Shown here piece by piece: positions 26,999 to 36,462 of a stretch of 59,845 bases of DNA; position 1 is the first letter of the stretch, and every line of letters begins with the position of its first letter. The stretch comes from a virus. Lineage: Duplodnaviria; Caudoviricetes. The stretch is taken from the IMG/VR virus record IMGVR_UViG_3300005533_000243, positions 1-59,845 of that record, one strand, 5' to 3'. The position numbers were made by a program, and so were the translations under genes. The notes below the pieces were generated by a model. It made no database searches. It saw only the letters and a program-made list of their open reading frames with translations, and was not told the DNA's origin.

Positions 26999-27664
26999 AT
27001 GTCTGCGTTGAATGCAAGTTTGGAAGCCGCGCGCATCTACGCGCAGTTGGCGAACGGTGATTTTTCCGAGGCCCAGCTCACTGCGTTGAGCGAGCTCAAG
27101 GTCGATATCGCCAAGCTTCTCTACCTTGCCAACGGCGGCGAGCTGCGGGTTGCGCACGTCCAGCGGATGTTCGTGTCCGCATTCGGCGTGCTGATCCGGC
27201 CGGCGAATACGACCGCCTATTCGGCCAACGACAGCATTTCGAACAACAGCACCGCCGGGAACGTGATCCCGATTTACACGAATCCAGCGGACGTGAATGA
27301 TCAGCCGATTGAGATCAAAGAGCTGTTGCTCGAGACAAACGACACGGGCGTCGGAACGGCCAACATGCGCGCGTTCCTTTTCAATGCCGATCCGACCGCC
27401 AACGGCGGCGTGATCAACGGCGACAACGGCGCCTACTCCAACAAACGCAACGGCTTCATCGGCTCGATGCAGGGGCAGTTCCGCGTGTTCAGCGATGGTG
27501 GGAAGGCCAAGCTGACGCCGGACGAAGGCCAGAGCATCATCACGCTCCCCGTGGCCGGCAGCAATCTGATCTATTACCAGTTGCAAACGCTCACCGGCTT
27601 CACGCCGTCGGCGAACAGCACGCTCTTCAACGCGACGCTCCGCGGATATATCGGCCGCGCCTAA
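26999..27664 (+). CDS. Hypothetical beta-rich protein, possibly virion-associated
   Basis: 221 aa, GAGGG RBS, N/S/T/G-rich. Confidence 0.75.
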   Translation: MSALNASLEAARIYAQLANGDFSEAQLTALSELKVDIAKLLYLANGGELRVAHVQRMFVSAFGVLIRPANTTAYSANDSISNNSTAGNVIPIYTNPADVNDQPIEIKELLLETNDTGVGTANMRAFLFNADPTANGGVINGDNGAYSNKRNGFIGSMQGQFRVFSDGGKAKLTPDEGQSIITLPVAGSNLIYYQLQTLTGFTPSANSTLFNATLRGYIGRA

Positions 27665-27848
27665 TCGCGGTCTCGCTGCCGACTAAACCACCAAACCATC
27701 TGACCATCTCGCCGCGCGCAAGAACGCGACGGGATGGTTTCGTGGTGTGATGGGCCAGACGGTTCCGCGCGGCAGTGAACGAAAAAATTCACACCCGGTC
27801 GAACCGAATTGAGACTCATGTGTAACCCCGGCGGCCGATACCGCCGGC

Positions 27849-28226
27849 ATGATGATCTCCGAAATCAAGAAGACCCTCCACGCCGCGCTCTTCGCGTTGG
27901 CATTCGGTCTCACCGGAATGGGCGTCACTCACGCGGTGACCCCCGATCTTTCCCAGTGTGAGGCGAGCGTCACCGAGATCGACGACCTGATCAAGACGAG
28001 CCCGATGGGCAACGTTGTTCGCGTCGATCGACTGAAAGGCCCGGAGGTGAAGGCATACTTCCTGAATTGGGGTGAAGACGTCGAATGGGATGTCGCCATC
28101 TCATTCGTTTTGAAAGACGGCCGCGTTCTAACCCTCGCTGGCAACGGTGAGTGTTTTACTTGGCACGGCATCACCGACGTCGAGAAACACGATCGGGCGA
28201 TGCGCAAAGCGAAAATCGAAGCGTGA
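27849..28226 (+). CDS. Hypothetical exported protein
   Basis: Signal peptide ending THA; GTGA overlap with endolysin. Confidence 0.7.
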   Translation: MMISEIKKTLHAALFALAFGLTGMGVTHAVTPDLSQCEASVTEIDDLIKTSPMGNVVRVDRLKGPEVKAYFLNWGEDVEWDVAISFVLKDGRVLTLAGNGECFTWHGITDVEKHDRAMRKAKIEA

Positions 28227-29056
28227 GCTACCAGTACGGCGACCTCAAAGACGAATACGCTGAGCTCCTCAAGACGGCCCGGGTGACCCGGGCCACCGAG
28301 ATTGAACGCACCGCGGACCGGCTGATCAAACTGATCCCCCGGTATCGTGACGTCGAAGCGGCGACCGGTGTCCCCGCTGTATGGCTCGCGGCAATCAACG
28401 AGCGCGAGAGCTCTTCGAACTTCCGAACCTATTTGGGCAACGGCGACCCACTCAATCGGGTCTCCGTTCATGTCCCCGCGGGACGCGGGCCGTTCTCCTC
28501 CTGGGAGGCCGGCGCAAAGGACGCGCTTCATCTGGATCGCATGGACACGGTCAAGGACATGCCTGAGGGCTGGTCTTGGACGCGTGGATGCTTCCAGGGC
28601 GAGGCGTGGAACGGGTTCGGACCCCGGATGCACGGGATCCACACCGGATACCTGTGGGCCGGGATGACCCCGTACGTGCGCGGCAAGTACGTTGCCGACG
28701 GCGTATGGGATCGCAATCACGTCGACGAGCAGCTCGGGATCATTCCCATGATGCGCGCGCTCGTCGAGCGCGATGCTTCGCTCGATCTGGCCGGCGACCC
28801 GTGGTCCACGGATCCGCTGACCAACTACGTGCCGCCGCCGGCGCCCAAGAGCCAGGACGATCTCGACGACGTCGCCACGCTTCAGCGCGATCTCAACAAG
28901 ATCATGGGAACGGATCTGCGGGTGGACGGCTCTTACGGCCGGCTGACCCGCGGCGTGGTCATGGACTTCCAGAAAAAGTTCGGACTTCAATGGATCGACG
29001 GCATCGTCGGTAACGAGACCAAGTCGGCCATTCAGCAGCAGTTGGGTGGCCACTGA
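28223..29056 (+). CDS. Endolysin (lysozyme-like domain plus C-terminal peptidoglycan-binding domain)
   Basis: AAINERESS...LGNGDPL...EAWNGFG...YLWAG...GKYVADG; LQRDLN...VDGSYGRLT...FQKKFGL..DGIVG. Confidence 0.88.
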   Translation: MSYQYGDLKDEYAELLKTARVTRATEIERTADRLIKLIPRYRDVEAATGVPAVWLAAINERESSSNFRTYLGNGDPLNRVSVHVPAGRGPFSSWEAGAKDALHLDRMDTVKDMPEGWSWTRGCFQGEAWNGFGPRMHGIHTGYLWAGMTPYVRGKYVADGVWDRNHVDEQLGIIPMMRALVERDASLDLAGDPWSTDPLTNYVPPPAPKSQDDLDDVATLQRDLNKIMGTDLRVDGSYGRLTRGVVMDFQKKFGLQWIDGIVGNETKSAIQQQLGGH

Positions 29057-29583
29057 TGCACGGCAACATCGGCAGCAAACACGATCACACTTACGAGACG
29101 TCGAGCTGGCGCTACTGGTTCGACTTCTGTCTCTTTCCCGCGGTGTTCTGCCTGACCGTGGCGGTTTACGACCGCTCGTTCGGTTTCAACCTCGGGATGC
29201 TGTTTGGGTTCGTGTTCGGCACCTTCGCCGAGTACTGGGCGCACCGAACGCTGCTGCACGTTTTCTTTTGGCATGGGACGCACGAGCGGCATCACCAGCA
29301 TCCGAAAGAGTACGTGGTGTTTCCGCTCTGGAGGCTGCCGGCGTTCTTCGCGACGGTGTTCCTCGTGAGCCATGCGATCGGCGCCGAGGGGTTCTTCGCC
29401 GGATTCACGCTCTGGTACTGCTGGTTTCTTCTCCTGCACCACATGCTCCACCACCTCGATCTTAACGAGCATACGTGGCTGCATCGCTACGCCATTTGGC
29501 ACAACCGCCACCACAAACTCACCCACTACAACTACGGCATCACGACCCCGTTCTGGGACCGGATGTTCGGCACCTATCTGTGA
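29056..29583 (+). CDS. Sterol desaturase / fatty-acid hydroxylase superfamily protein
   Basis: His boxes EYWAHRTLLH, HERHH, HHMLHH, HNRHH; NYGITTPFWDRMFGT; TM helices. Confidence 0.9.
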   Translation: MHGNIGSKHDHTYETSSWRYWFDFCLFPAVFCLTVAVYDRSFGFNLGMLFGFVFGTFAEYWAHRTLLHVFFWHGTHERHHQHPKEYVVFPLWRLPAFFATVFLVSHAIGAEGFFAGFTLWYCWFLLLHHMLHHLDLNEHTWLHRYAIWHNRHHKLTHYNYGITTPFWDRMFGTYL

Positions 29584-29590
29584 GGCTTCC

Positions 29591-30094
29591 ATGAAAAAGC
29601 ATATCGCCGCGCTCGCGCTGTCGACTTCCATTCTGCTCGCCGCCTCTGCGGCTGAAGCGAAGAAGGTCGTCGTGATCCGCGGCATCTTCGGGAACATCGT
29701 GTCCCCGATGACCGAAATCGTCACCGGTCTCCAAAAGCGAGGTCACCAGGTCACCGTCCGCGAATGGTGGATGGGCGTCCCGGAGCCCGGGTTTGATGTC
29801 GCAGTCGTGCACTCCGCCGGCGATGTCCCGGGACTTATGTCGCGGGCCAAGCAGGTAATCACCATAGATCCGACGTTCATCAACCCGGGATGTCAGCCCG
29901 GTTCGAAGTGCACGAACTACTACGCGCCGATCGACAAGATGCCGTTCCTGGTCTGCTGCGGCGGATACGCGGTGGCCGGCGCGACCAACAAGAAAGTCCC
30001 AGGCACGCCGAGCTTCTTCCTCTTCGCGCCCGGGCATATCGCCATGCCGGCCAACCAAGCGCCGGCCGTCATCAACACCGTCAACGGCGGCTGA
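29591..30094 (+). CDS. Secreted minimal alpha/beta-hydrolase-like protein
   Basis: Signal peptide (AEA), VVIRG, VHSAG elbow, VITIDP, GHIAMP. Confidence 0.6.
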   Translation: MKKHIAALALSTSILLAASAAEAKKVVVIRGIFGNIVSPMTEIVTGLQKRGHQVTVREWWMGVPEPGFDVAVVHSAGDVPGLMSRAKQVITIDPTFINPGCQPGSKCTNYYAPIDKMPFLVCCGGYAVAGATNKKVPGTPSFFLFAPGHIAMPANQAPAVINTVNGG

Positions 30095-30122
30095 TCAGCC
30101 ACCCAGTAGGAGAGAAATCGAG

Positions 30123-30539
30123 ATGAATAAGCGCATTGCCACGGTTGTACTTGTCGCTGCCCTGGGCCTTCCCCTCGGCTCGTGCATGACGACCGCCGAG
30201 ATCAAGCAGGGCTTTCAGACGGCGTGGAACAACGCGGTCGCCGTGTGGGACGAGATCAACGCCGACATTCAGATCGCGCTGAACAACGTCCCCGCGCTCT
30301 GCAACGACGCGTTCGACGCGCATTCCGGCTTCCGGACCGCGGTTGCGAACTTGAACGCCGTCGGCGTCAAGATTCCGGCCGACGTGCTCAACAACGAGCA
30401 GGCCGCGGTCGCGGCGTTGGCCGTACCCTGCAACAACCCGCCGACCTCGCTTGCTCAGGCCATTGCCGAGTTCAAGCCGGCGCTGCTCGCCTTTAAGAAG
30501 GCGTACGCCGCCGCACAGGCTTCGCTGGTCAACAACTGA
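30123..30539 (+). CDS. Lipoprotein (possible spanin-like lysis accessory)
   Basis: Lipobox LGSC, GGAG RBS, helical. Confidence 0.65.
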   Translation: MNKRIATVVLVAALGLPLGSCMTTAEIKQGFQTAWNNAVAVWDEINADIQIALNNVPALCNDAFDAHSGFRTAVANLNAVGVKIPADVLNNEQAAVAALAVPCNNPPTSLAQAIAEFKPALLAFKKAYAAAQASLVNN

Positions 30540-30582
30540 TCCGTACGAGGGACACGCTCGACCAACTGAAGGAGTGAGTGAA

Positions 30583-30795
30583 GTGCTTAACCAAGACTAC
30601 GTGGTGATGGTCATCCGGACCATCTTCCAGATGGGTGGCGTCGTCGTCGCATTGCGGCCCGACCTGATCACCCCGGCGGAGTTCTCCCAGCTCGGCGACA
30701 CGCTCGTCGCCGTTGTCGGCGGAGCCTTCTCGGCCGCAGCCACGCTCCACATGCTGTGGACGCGGTTCAACACGAAAGTGATCGTGGCGAAGTGA
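30583..30795 (+). CDS. Putative holin
   Basis: 70 aa, two hydrophobic segments, basic C-terminus, lysis context; GTG start with GGAG RBS. Confidence 0.55.
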   Translation: MLNQDYVVMVIRTIFQMGGVVVALRPDLITPAEFSQLGDTLVAVVGGAFSAAATLHMLWTRFNTKVIVAK

Positions 30796-31094
30796 ACATC
30801 ACCACAATCACCTGGATCCTGCGACTCGCGTCGCCGTTCATCGGTGGGTCGATCTTCGGCCTGCCGGTGGCGGCGATCGTGTCGTTCCTCACGGCGAACT
30901 CCACCGAGATCACGATGGCGGCGACCGTCATTCAGAACGTGGCGAAGAAACTCGCCGCGGCGAAAGGGATCTCGATCCAGTCGGCGCTCGCCGAGGCGGC
31001 GCAGATGGTCGCCAAGGTGCACCCGATGGTGCCTGGAAGCATCGAGGAGAAGATCTGGATGGAGCGGCAGTCTCTGCCGGTGAACGGCGGATGA
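30792..31094 (+). CDS. Hypothetical membrane protein
   Basis: GTGA and ATGA overlaps; hydrophobic N-terminus. Confidence 0.65.
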   Translation: MNITTITWILRLASPFIGGSIFGLPVAAIVSFLTANSTEITMAATVIQNVAKKLAAAKGISIQSALAEAAQMVAKVHPMVPGSIEEKIWMERQSLPVNGG

Positions 31095-31369
31095 ACGTTA
31101 CCCAGGAGGTAACCCGCTCGGTCCTAGGCATCATTGCCGAGGAGGAACTCGCCGCGGCCATTCGTGTGACCGTGCAAACGCTGGCGACGTGGCGTAGCGA
31201 GGGCAGAGGCCCCAAATACGCAAAGCTTGGACGTTCAGTTTTTTACAGGGTGTCAGATCTCCATGAGTGGATCGCCGACTGTATGGAGGGAGTGGAAGAC
31301 CAGTCCGGAGATCGGACGCATGAAGTTCCAGGATCACATTCGAAGCCAGCCGCCCGCGCGGCGGGTTGA
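31091..31369 (+). CDS. Excisionase/AlpA-like HTH protein
   Basis: EEELAAAIRVTVQTLATWRSEGRGPKYAKLGRSVFYRVSDLHEWI. Confidence 0.85.
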   Translation: MNVTQEVTRSVLGIIAEEELAAAIRVTVQTLATWRSEGRGPKYAKLGRSVFYRVSDLHEWIADCMEGVEDQSGDRTHEVPGSHSKPAARAAG

Positions 31370-31625
31370 GATCGTCCACCAGATTATTCAGCACGGACGC
31401 GACCGCGGCGGAAAAACCGTCGGCGAGTGCATCAAAGAGCTCAACGCTGACGAGTTTCATGCGCTAGAGGCGATCGTGATCGGGAAGTCGTATACCTACG
31501 ACGCAACCACCGATCGGGTGTTCAGCCGGGCTGAGGCGGGGGATTTTCCAGAAAAAGTTCTCGAGTGGCTACTGCGGAACCCTCTACCGGAGGGCCACCC
31601 GCTTACGTCCACGCAGCCGAGTTGA
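31320..31625 (+). CDS. Hypothetical protein
   Basis: MKFQDH start with GGAG upstream. Confidence 0.55.
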   Translation: MKFQDHIRSQPPARRVEIVHQIIQHGRDRGGKTVGECIKELNADEFHALEAIVIGKSYTYDATTDRVFSRAEAGDFPEKVLEWLLRNPLPEGHPLTSTQPS

Positions 31626-33048
31626 CTTTCGTGCGGGGCGTTTTGACGCCGCGCTTGAGATGTCTGGCGACGAGCTCCGTCATGCCGCCGTGGGCGACCA
31701 AGCAGACATATTGAAACGCATCAATCACATGCGAGAACTCGTTCTTCTCGGGCAAGGGACGACGGATCCCAGCCCGCGTTTTGGCGTAGCGATAGCCACC
31801 CTGTAGCGCTTTGATCAGGATCGGGCAGCGCTTCCCGTCGATCTGCACCGCGCCTCCGCCGTCGAACTGGCGCATGAGCCATGCGTCAATAGCGCGCACC
31901 CGCGGGTCGATATCGTTGGTCGGCGCCGGAAACGCAGAGAAGCCCATGCGCTTCAGCACGTCGAACGTGGTCTCTTCATAGATCGAGCTTTTGGACTTGC
32001 CCGCCGGATCGCCGATGATCGCGACCGGCCGCCCGAGATATCGCTCTTGTAGTAGCGCCGGGCGCAGGGCGCGCGCGATGTGCTGCTCGAGACCGATGTC
32101 TTCGGCGATCACTTCCTCGAGCACGAGCAGCCGGCCCTTGTGGTCGACCTGGCAGATGATGCTGCACGGGTCGCGGCCGAAGTCCTGACCCACCATCAGC
32201 GGGTGCGACGAGACCGGCTGGAGCTCGTCGACGACGTGGAATTTCGGGTTGAAGCTCTTCGCGTAAACGGCGCTGCCGCTCGGGTCGTTGCCGTATTGGG
32301 CATCGACATATCGCCGGATCCAGTCTTCATTCTGATTGCGCGCCAGCCGCTCGTAATATTTGCGCCCCTCGGCGAGCCGGCGAGTGTCGGTCTCGGGCAT
32401 GGCCAGCGTGATCTTGGACTGGTTAAGCCATTGAAGATTCTCGGCTTCCGGCGTCAGGCCGCCAGGCTGGATGAAGATCTGCCAGTCCGGCGGCGTGTCC
32501 ACGTCCATGAATTTGTGCCAGTCGCCGCCTTCGGTGGGCATGTTCGTGTCGGCGATGATCCCCTTCCAGGTGGCGCCGCCCATCATTGCGCTCGGATAGC
32601 GGCCGCAGCGGCCGGCGATGTCGGGCACCACGCCGCAGTCCATTTCGATCGCTTCCGACATCCATGCGCCGGTGAGCTGCATCGAGAGCAGGCGCGCGCG
32701 GTCTTCCGGGTCCTCGAGGGGGATGAGGATCCATTCCGATTTCACGTCGCCGATTTCAACGTAGATCGTGTTCTCGCTGACCTTGTATTCGGCGATGCCC
32801 TCAAGCCACGAGGTGATGTCCTTCAGGACGGTGTCTTTGAGCTGCTTCAGCGTCTGCCGGAGGATGGCAAAGCGCGTGTAGCGGAAGCCGTCGGCCGCCG
32901 GCGACTGCTCGCAGGCGCGCCGGAAGAGCTCGAACAGGCAGGCCGTGGTCTTGCCGGATCCGACCGGGCCGGCGATCAGCCGCCCAAACGACTCCGATTT
33001 CATGAACCGGGCGCAGGTCGGCGGCGCGGTATAAAGAATATTCTTCAC
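31603..33048 (-). CDS. terL: Terminase large subunit
   Basis: AGPVGSGKTT, GAWMSE, IADTN, nuclease VGQDFG, GDPAG, SHVIDAFQY. Confidence 0.93.
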   Translation of the reverse strand: MKNILYTAPPTCARFMKSESFGRLIAGPVGSGKTTACLFELFRRACEQSPAADGFRYTRFAILRQTLKQLKDTVLKDITSWLEGIAEYKVSENTIYVEIGDVKSEWILIPLEDPEDRARLLSMQLTGAWMSEAIEMDCGVVPDIAGRCGRYPSAMMGGATWKGIIADTNMPTEGGDWHKFMDVDTPPDWQIFIQPGGLTPEAENLQWLNQSKITLAMPETDTRRLAEGRKYYERLARNQNEDWIRRYVDAQYGNDPSGSAVYAKSFNPKFHVVDELQPVSSHPLMVGQDFGRDPCSIICQVDHKGRLLVLEEVIAEDIGLEQHIARALRPALLQERYLGRPVAIIGDPAGKSKSSIYEETTFDVLKRMGFSAFPAPTNDIDPRVRAIDAWLMRQFDGGGAVQIDGKRCPILIKALQGGYRYAKTRAGIRRPLPEKNEFSHVIDAFQYVCLVAHGGMTELVARHLKRGVKTPRTKVNSAAWT

Positions 33049-33464
33049 ACTTGCACCGCCCCCGCGAGCGCGCGCAGGAGCGCAGTGCGCTCGGCGGCGC
33101 CCCAGGTCAGGACGTGTTCGGTAATTTCTGAATGGGTGAATGTAGTGAGGACGCCGATCTTGCGGCGGTTCCGGAGCTGATCTGAGAACGTCGACCAGCG
33201 GCAGTTAGCTTTGGAGTAACCCTTGTTGACGTTCTTGCGGTCGAGAGAATGCCCCTCTGGGGGATTCCCCATGTCCTTGAAGAAGTTGATGAAGCCTTTT
33301 TTCGGCTCGAGCCACCGCTTGCAGACTGTGATCCCGCGGCCGCCGTAGTTCCTGAAGTCCTTGCTTTTGGCGCTGGTGCATCTCTCCCGCATTCCCCGCC
33401 AGGAATTCTTGCATCGTTCGCTTGCCCCCAGAGCTCGTTCCCGAGCGTTAGGAAGGACCTTCAC
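33045..33464 (-). CDS. HNH-type homing endonuclease
   Basis: WRGMRERC...NYGGRGITVC..W...FFKDMG...SLDRKNVNKGYSKANCRW. Confidence 0.88.
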   Translation of the reverse strand: MKVLPNARERALGASERCKNSWRGMRERCTSAKSKDFRNYGGRGITVCKRWLEPKKGFINFFKDMGNPPEGHSLDRKNVNKGYSKANCRWSTFSDQLRNRRKIGVLTTFTHSEITEHVLTWGAAERTALLRALAGAVQV

Positions 33465-33975
33465 GTTTTACGGGTTCTGCTTCGATGAGTTTGGGCTGCG
33501 TCTCTTTCTCGAATTTGAGCTGAGAGTCGGCGCCCAGGTTGATGGTTACGGTGAATTTTTCGCCACTGGCGACGCCGGCGCCGATGCCGGTGATCCCCAT
33601 TTCCGCGATGCGGCTGATGAGTTTCCCGAGCTCGACCTTGGCGTTGAGGTTCTCTTTTTGGTCGTGCAAGCGAGCGTTCGCTTCCGGCAGCCATTCCTCG
33701 ATCAGCGCGCCGGCCTTCATCTTGGTGCGCTCGTGCGTGTTGGACGCAGTTTCCCAGGCGAGAATCTCGGCCTCGAGGATCTGCGCGAAGCGCGGGTGCG
33801 ACTTGATGCGATCCCAGTCTTCAGGGCTGACGCGATGCGTCTCGAGGATCTTCTCGAGGGGGAGGATGTTCTTTGCGACCTCTCGAGCGAGCTTGACGAG
33901 CATCGCTTCGGTGGGTTCGGCGGCCGTGGTCTGTAACGCTACTGCAACCAAAGCATGTAACTTTCGAGACACCAT
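33448..33975 (-). CDS. terS: Putative terminase small subunit
   Basis: Position upstream of terL, helical, C-terminal FTVTINLG. Confidence 0.6.
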   Translation of the reverse strand: MVSRKLHALVAVALQTTAAEPTEAMLVKLAREVAKNILPLEKILETHRVSPEDWDRIKSHPRFAQILEAEILAWETASNTHERTKMKAGALIEEWLPEANARLHDQKENLNAKVELGKLISRIAEMGITGIGAGVASGEKFTVTINLGADSQLKFEKETQPKLIEAEPVKREGPS

Positions 33976-34041
33976 ACATAGAGTTGTGTCGGCGGCCGCT
34001 ATACTATATGTCGTCGGCTATGACAAATTTGTTCGTAGCGT

Positions 34042-36138
34042 TTGTGGTCAGTGGCAGAGACGCTTCCTAAACGAGGGCTTCTCCGCGTCGTTCCGCCGGC
34101 GCAACTCGAGAGCCAAATTCAAGAGCAGAACAAGCAGCAGGCCGAGGCCGATCAATCGCCTGCGCCTACGGTCGGCAACCTCGCCGCGTTCGTCCGCACG
34201 CAGTTCGATCTCTTCCGCCAGCATCGCAACGATGCGCGTTCAGGATGGTCAGAGCGTTTGCTTCGCGCGCTCCGCGCGTTCAACGGCCAGTACGATCCCG
34301 ACAAGCTCGCGCAGATCCAAAAATTCACCGGCTCGCAAATCTACGCGCGCCTGATCGCCATGAAGTGCCGCGGCGCGAGCTCGCTACTCCGCGACGTCTA
34401 CCTTTCCCCCGAACGTTGCTGGGGAATTGATCCTCCGACGGACCCCGAGGTCCCGGATCAGATCGTCTCCAGCATCGGTCAGCTAGTGCAGTCCGAGCTT
34501 TCGACCCTGTCGCAAGCCGGGCAGCCGGCCGACGTGAATACCATCCGCGATCGCGTGCAGCAGCTTATGCTTGCCGCGCGCGACGCCGCGAAGAAGCGCG
34601 CATCCAAGCAGGCCAAGGTCGCCGAGGAAAAGATCGACGAGCTGCTGATTTCCGGCGGCTTTTACAAAGCGCTCGCCGAGTTTCTCGTCGACCTGCCGGT
34701 CTTTCCGTTTGCGTGCATCAAAGGCCCAACCGTCCGAATCGTGCCGTCTGTCTCTTGGCAGAACGGGACGCCGACGATCGACCAGAAGCCGCGACTGTTC
34801 TGGCAGCGGGTTTCTCCGTTCGATCTCTGGTGGACGCCAGGCGCCGCCGACATCGAGGATGCCGCCGTCATCGAGCGCACGCGTGTGACGCGCGCGGACC
34901 TCAACGATCTCCTCGATCTCCCCGGGTACAACACCGACGAGATTCGCGCCGTGCTCGACGAGTACGGCCGCGGCGGCCTTGCCGACAACTGGGACAACAC
35001 CGACGCCGAGCGCGCGGTGCAGGAAAACCGCGAGAACCCGCAGCTCAACCGCTCGGGGATGATTTCGTGCCTCGAGTACAACGGAAACATCCAGGGGCAG
35101 CTTCTTATCGAGTACGGGATGGATCCGAGCATCATCCAGGACCCGCTCCGCGACTACATGGTCCAGCTCTGGATCATCGGCACGCACGTCATCAAGGTGC
35201 AGCTCACGCCGTCGCCGCGCCGCCGCCACCCGTACTTCATCACCTCCTTCGAGAAGGTCCCCGGCACGCCGGTCGGAAACGGCCTCACCGATATCCTGAA
35301 CGATCTTCAGGAGGCGGCGAATGCGACGCTGCGCTCGCTCGTGAACAATATGTCGCTCGCTTCGGGGCCGCAGGTGGTTGTGAACGACGACCGCCTCGCT
35401 GCCGGCGAAGATGGCGAAGAGCTGTTTCCGTGGAAGCGTTGGCATGTCGAGGACGATCCGCTCGGCAACAATACGCAGGTGCCGATCAGCTTCTTCCAGC
35501 CCGTTTCGAACGCGCAGGAGCTGCTCGCCGTCTACCAGAAACTTAACGACATGGCCGACGATATTTCGGCCATTCCGCGGTATCTCTCCGGCCAGTCGCC
35601 GGGAGGCGCCGGCCGGACGGCTTCGGGCCTCGCGATGCTTATGGGCAACGCGTCGAAAATCCTTCAGACCGTCGCCGCGAATATCGACCGCGATGTTTTT
35701 GATCCGCTGCTGACGACGCTCTTCGATCTCATCATGCTCACCGACACGTCGGGGATTCTTACCGGCGAAGAGAACGTGCGCGTCATGGGCGTGAACGTCG
35801 CGATCCAGCGCGAGACCGAGCGTTCCCGCCAGATCGAGTTCCTTCAGATCACGGCCAACCCGATGGACGCCCAGATTATGGGACCGCAGGGTCGCGCCGT
35901 CGTTCTCCGTTCCGTCGCGCAGAAGATCGGCCTCGACGGCGAGAACATCATTCCGAATCCAGACGACATGCCGAAAGGTGGCGCCCCCGCGGCGTCGCCG
36001 CCCGGCGGCGCGCCCGGCTCGCCCGCGGCGCCCAACATGGCTTCTGCCGGCGCTGCCGCGCAGGGAAACCAGCACGGACCATCGTCCACCGGGGATATGG
36101 GTCCGCGCACAAATACCGTCGCCGGCGGCGCCGGGTAA
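34042..36138 (+). CDS. Portal protein
   Basis: ~697 aa first structural gene; RVSPFDLWW, NNMSLASGPQ, GRTASGLAMLM; start TTG 34042 or GTG 34051. Confidence 0.85.
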   Translation: MWSVAETLPKRGLLRVVPPAQLESQIQEQNKQQAEADQSPAPTVGNLAAFVRTQFDLFRQHRNDARSGWSERLLRALRAFNGQYDPDKLAQIQKFTGSQIYARLIAMKCRGASSLLRDVYLSPERCWGIDPPTDPEVPDQIVSSIGQLVQSELSTLSQAGQPADVNTIRDRVQQLMLAARDAAKKRASKQAKVAEEKIDELLISGGFYKALAEFLVDLPVFPFACIKGPTVRIVPSVSWQNGTPTIDQKPRLFWQRVSPFDLWWTPGAADIEDAAVIERTRVTRADLNDLLDLPGYNTDEIRAVLDEYGRGGLADNWDNTDAERAVQENRENPQLNRSGMISCLEYNGNIQGQLLIEYGMDPSIIQDPLRDYMVQLWIIGTHVIKVQLTPSPRRRHPYFITSFEKVPGTPVGNGLTDILNDLQEAANATLRSLVNNMSLASGPQVVVNDDRLAAGEDGEELFPWKRWHVEDDPLGNNTQVPISFFQPVSNAQELLAVYQKLNDMADDISAIPRYLSGQSPGGAGRTASGLAMLMGNASKILQTVAANIDRDVFDPLLTTLFDLIMLTDTSGILTGEENVRVMGVNVAIQRETERSRQIEFLQITANPMDAQIMGPQGRAVVLRSVAQKIGLDGENIIPNPDDMPKGGAPAASPPGGAPGSPAAPNMASAGAAAQGNQHGPSSTGDMGPRTNTVAGGAG

Positions 36139-36153
36139 TTAGGAGAGAGTGAG

Positions 36154-36456
36154 ATGGCAAAGACCAAAGAAATTTCCCAGAAGTCGCCGACGATGGCGAA
36201 AGGCGGGAAGGGCAAGATGTTCGGCCAGCAGCACGCAGGCCCGCAGAAGCCCGGCGTTACGGCGCATGAGACCAGCGGCGACGGCGGCAAGTTCGCCAAG
36301 GGCGGCTCGGGCAAGATGTTCGGCAAGCAGACTGCCGGTCCGCAGAAGCCCGGCACTTCCGGCCATAGCGTCGGCGGCGGCGATCCGAAGTTTGCGCAAG
36401 GTGGGTCGACGAAAATGTTCGGCTTCACCGGCTCTTCGCCGGCGAAACCCTGCTGA
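36154..36456 (+). CDS. Gly/Lys-rich repeat protein
   Basis: Three A(K/Q)GGxxKMFG repeats; AGGAG RBS. Confidence 0.8.
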   Translation: MAKTKEISQKSPTMAKGGKGKMFGQQHAGPQKPGVTAHETSGDGGKFAKGGSGKMFGKQTAGPQKPGTSGHSVGGGDPKFAQGGSTKMFGFTGSSPAKPC

Positions 36457-36462
36457 GGACCA

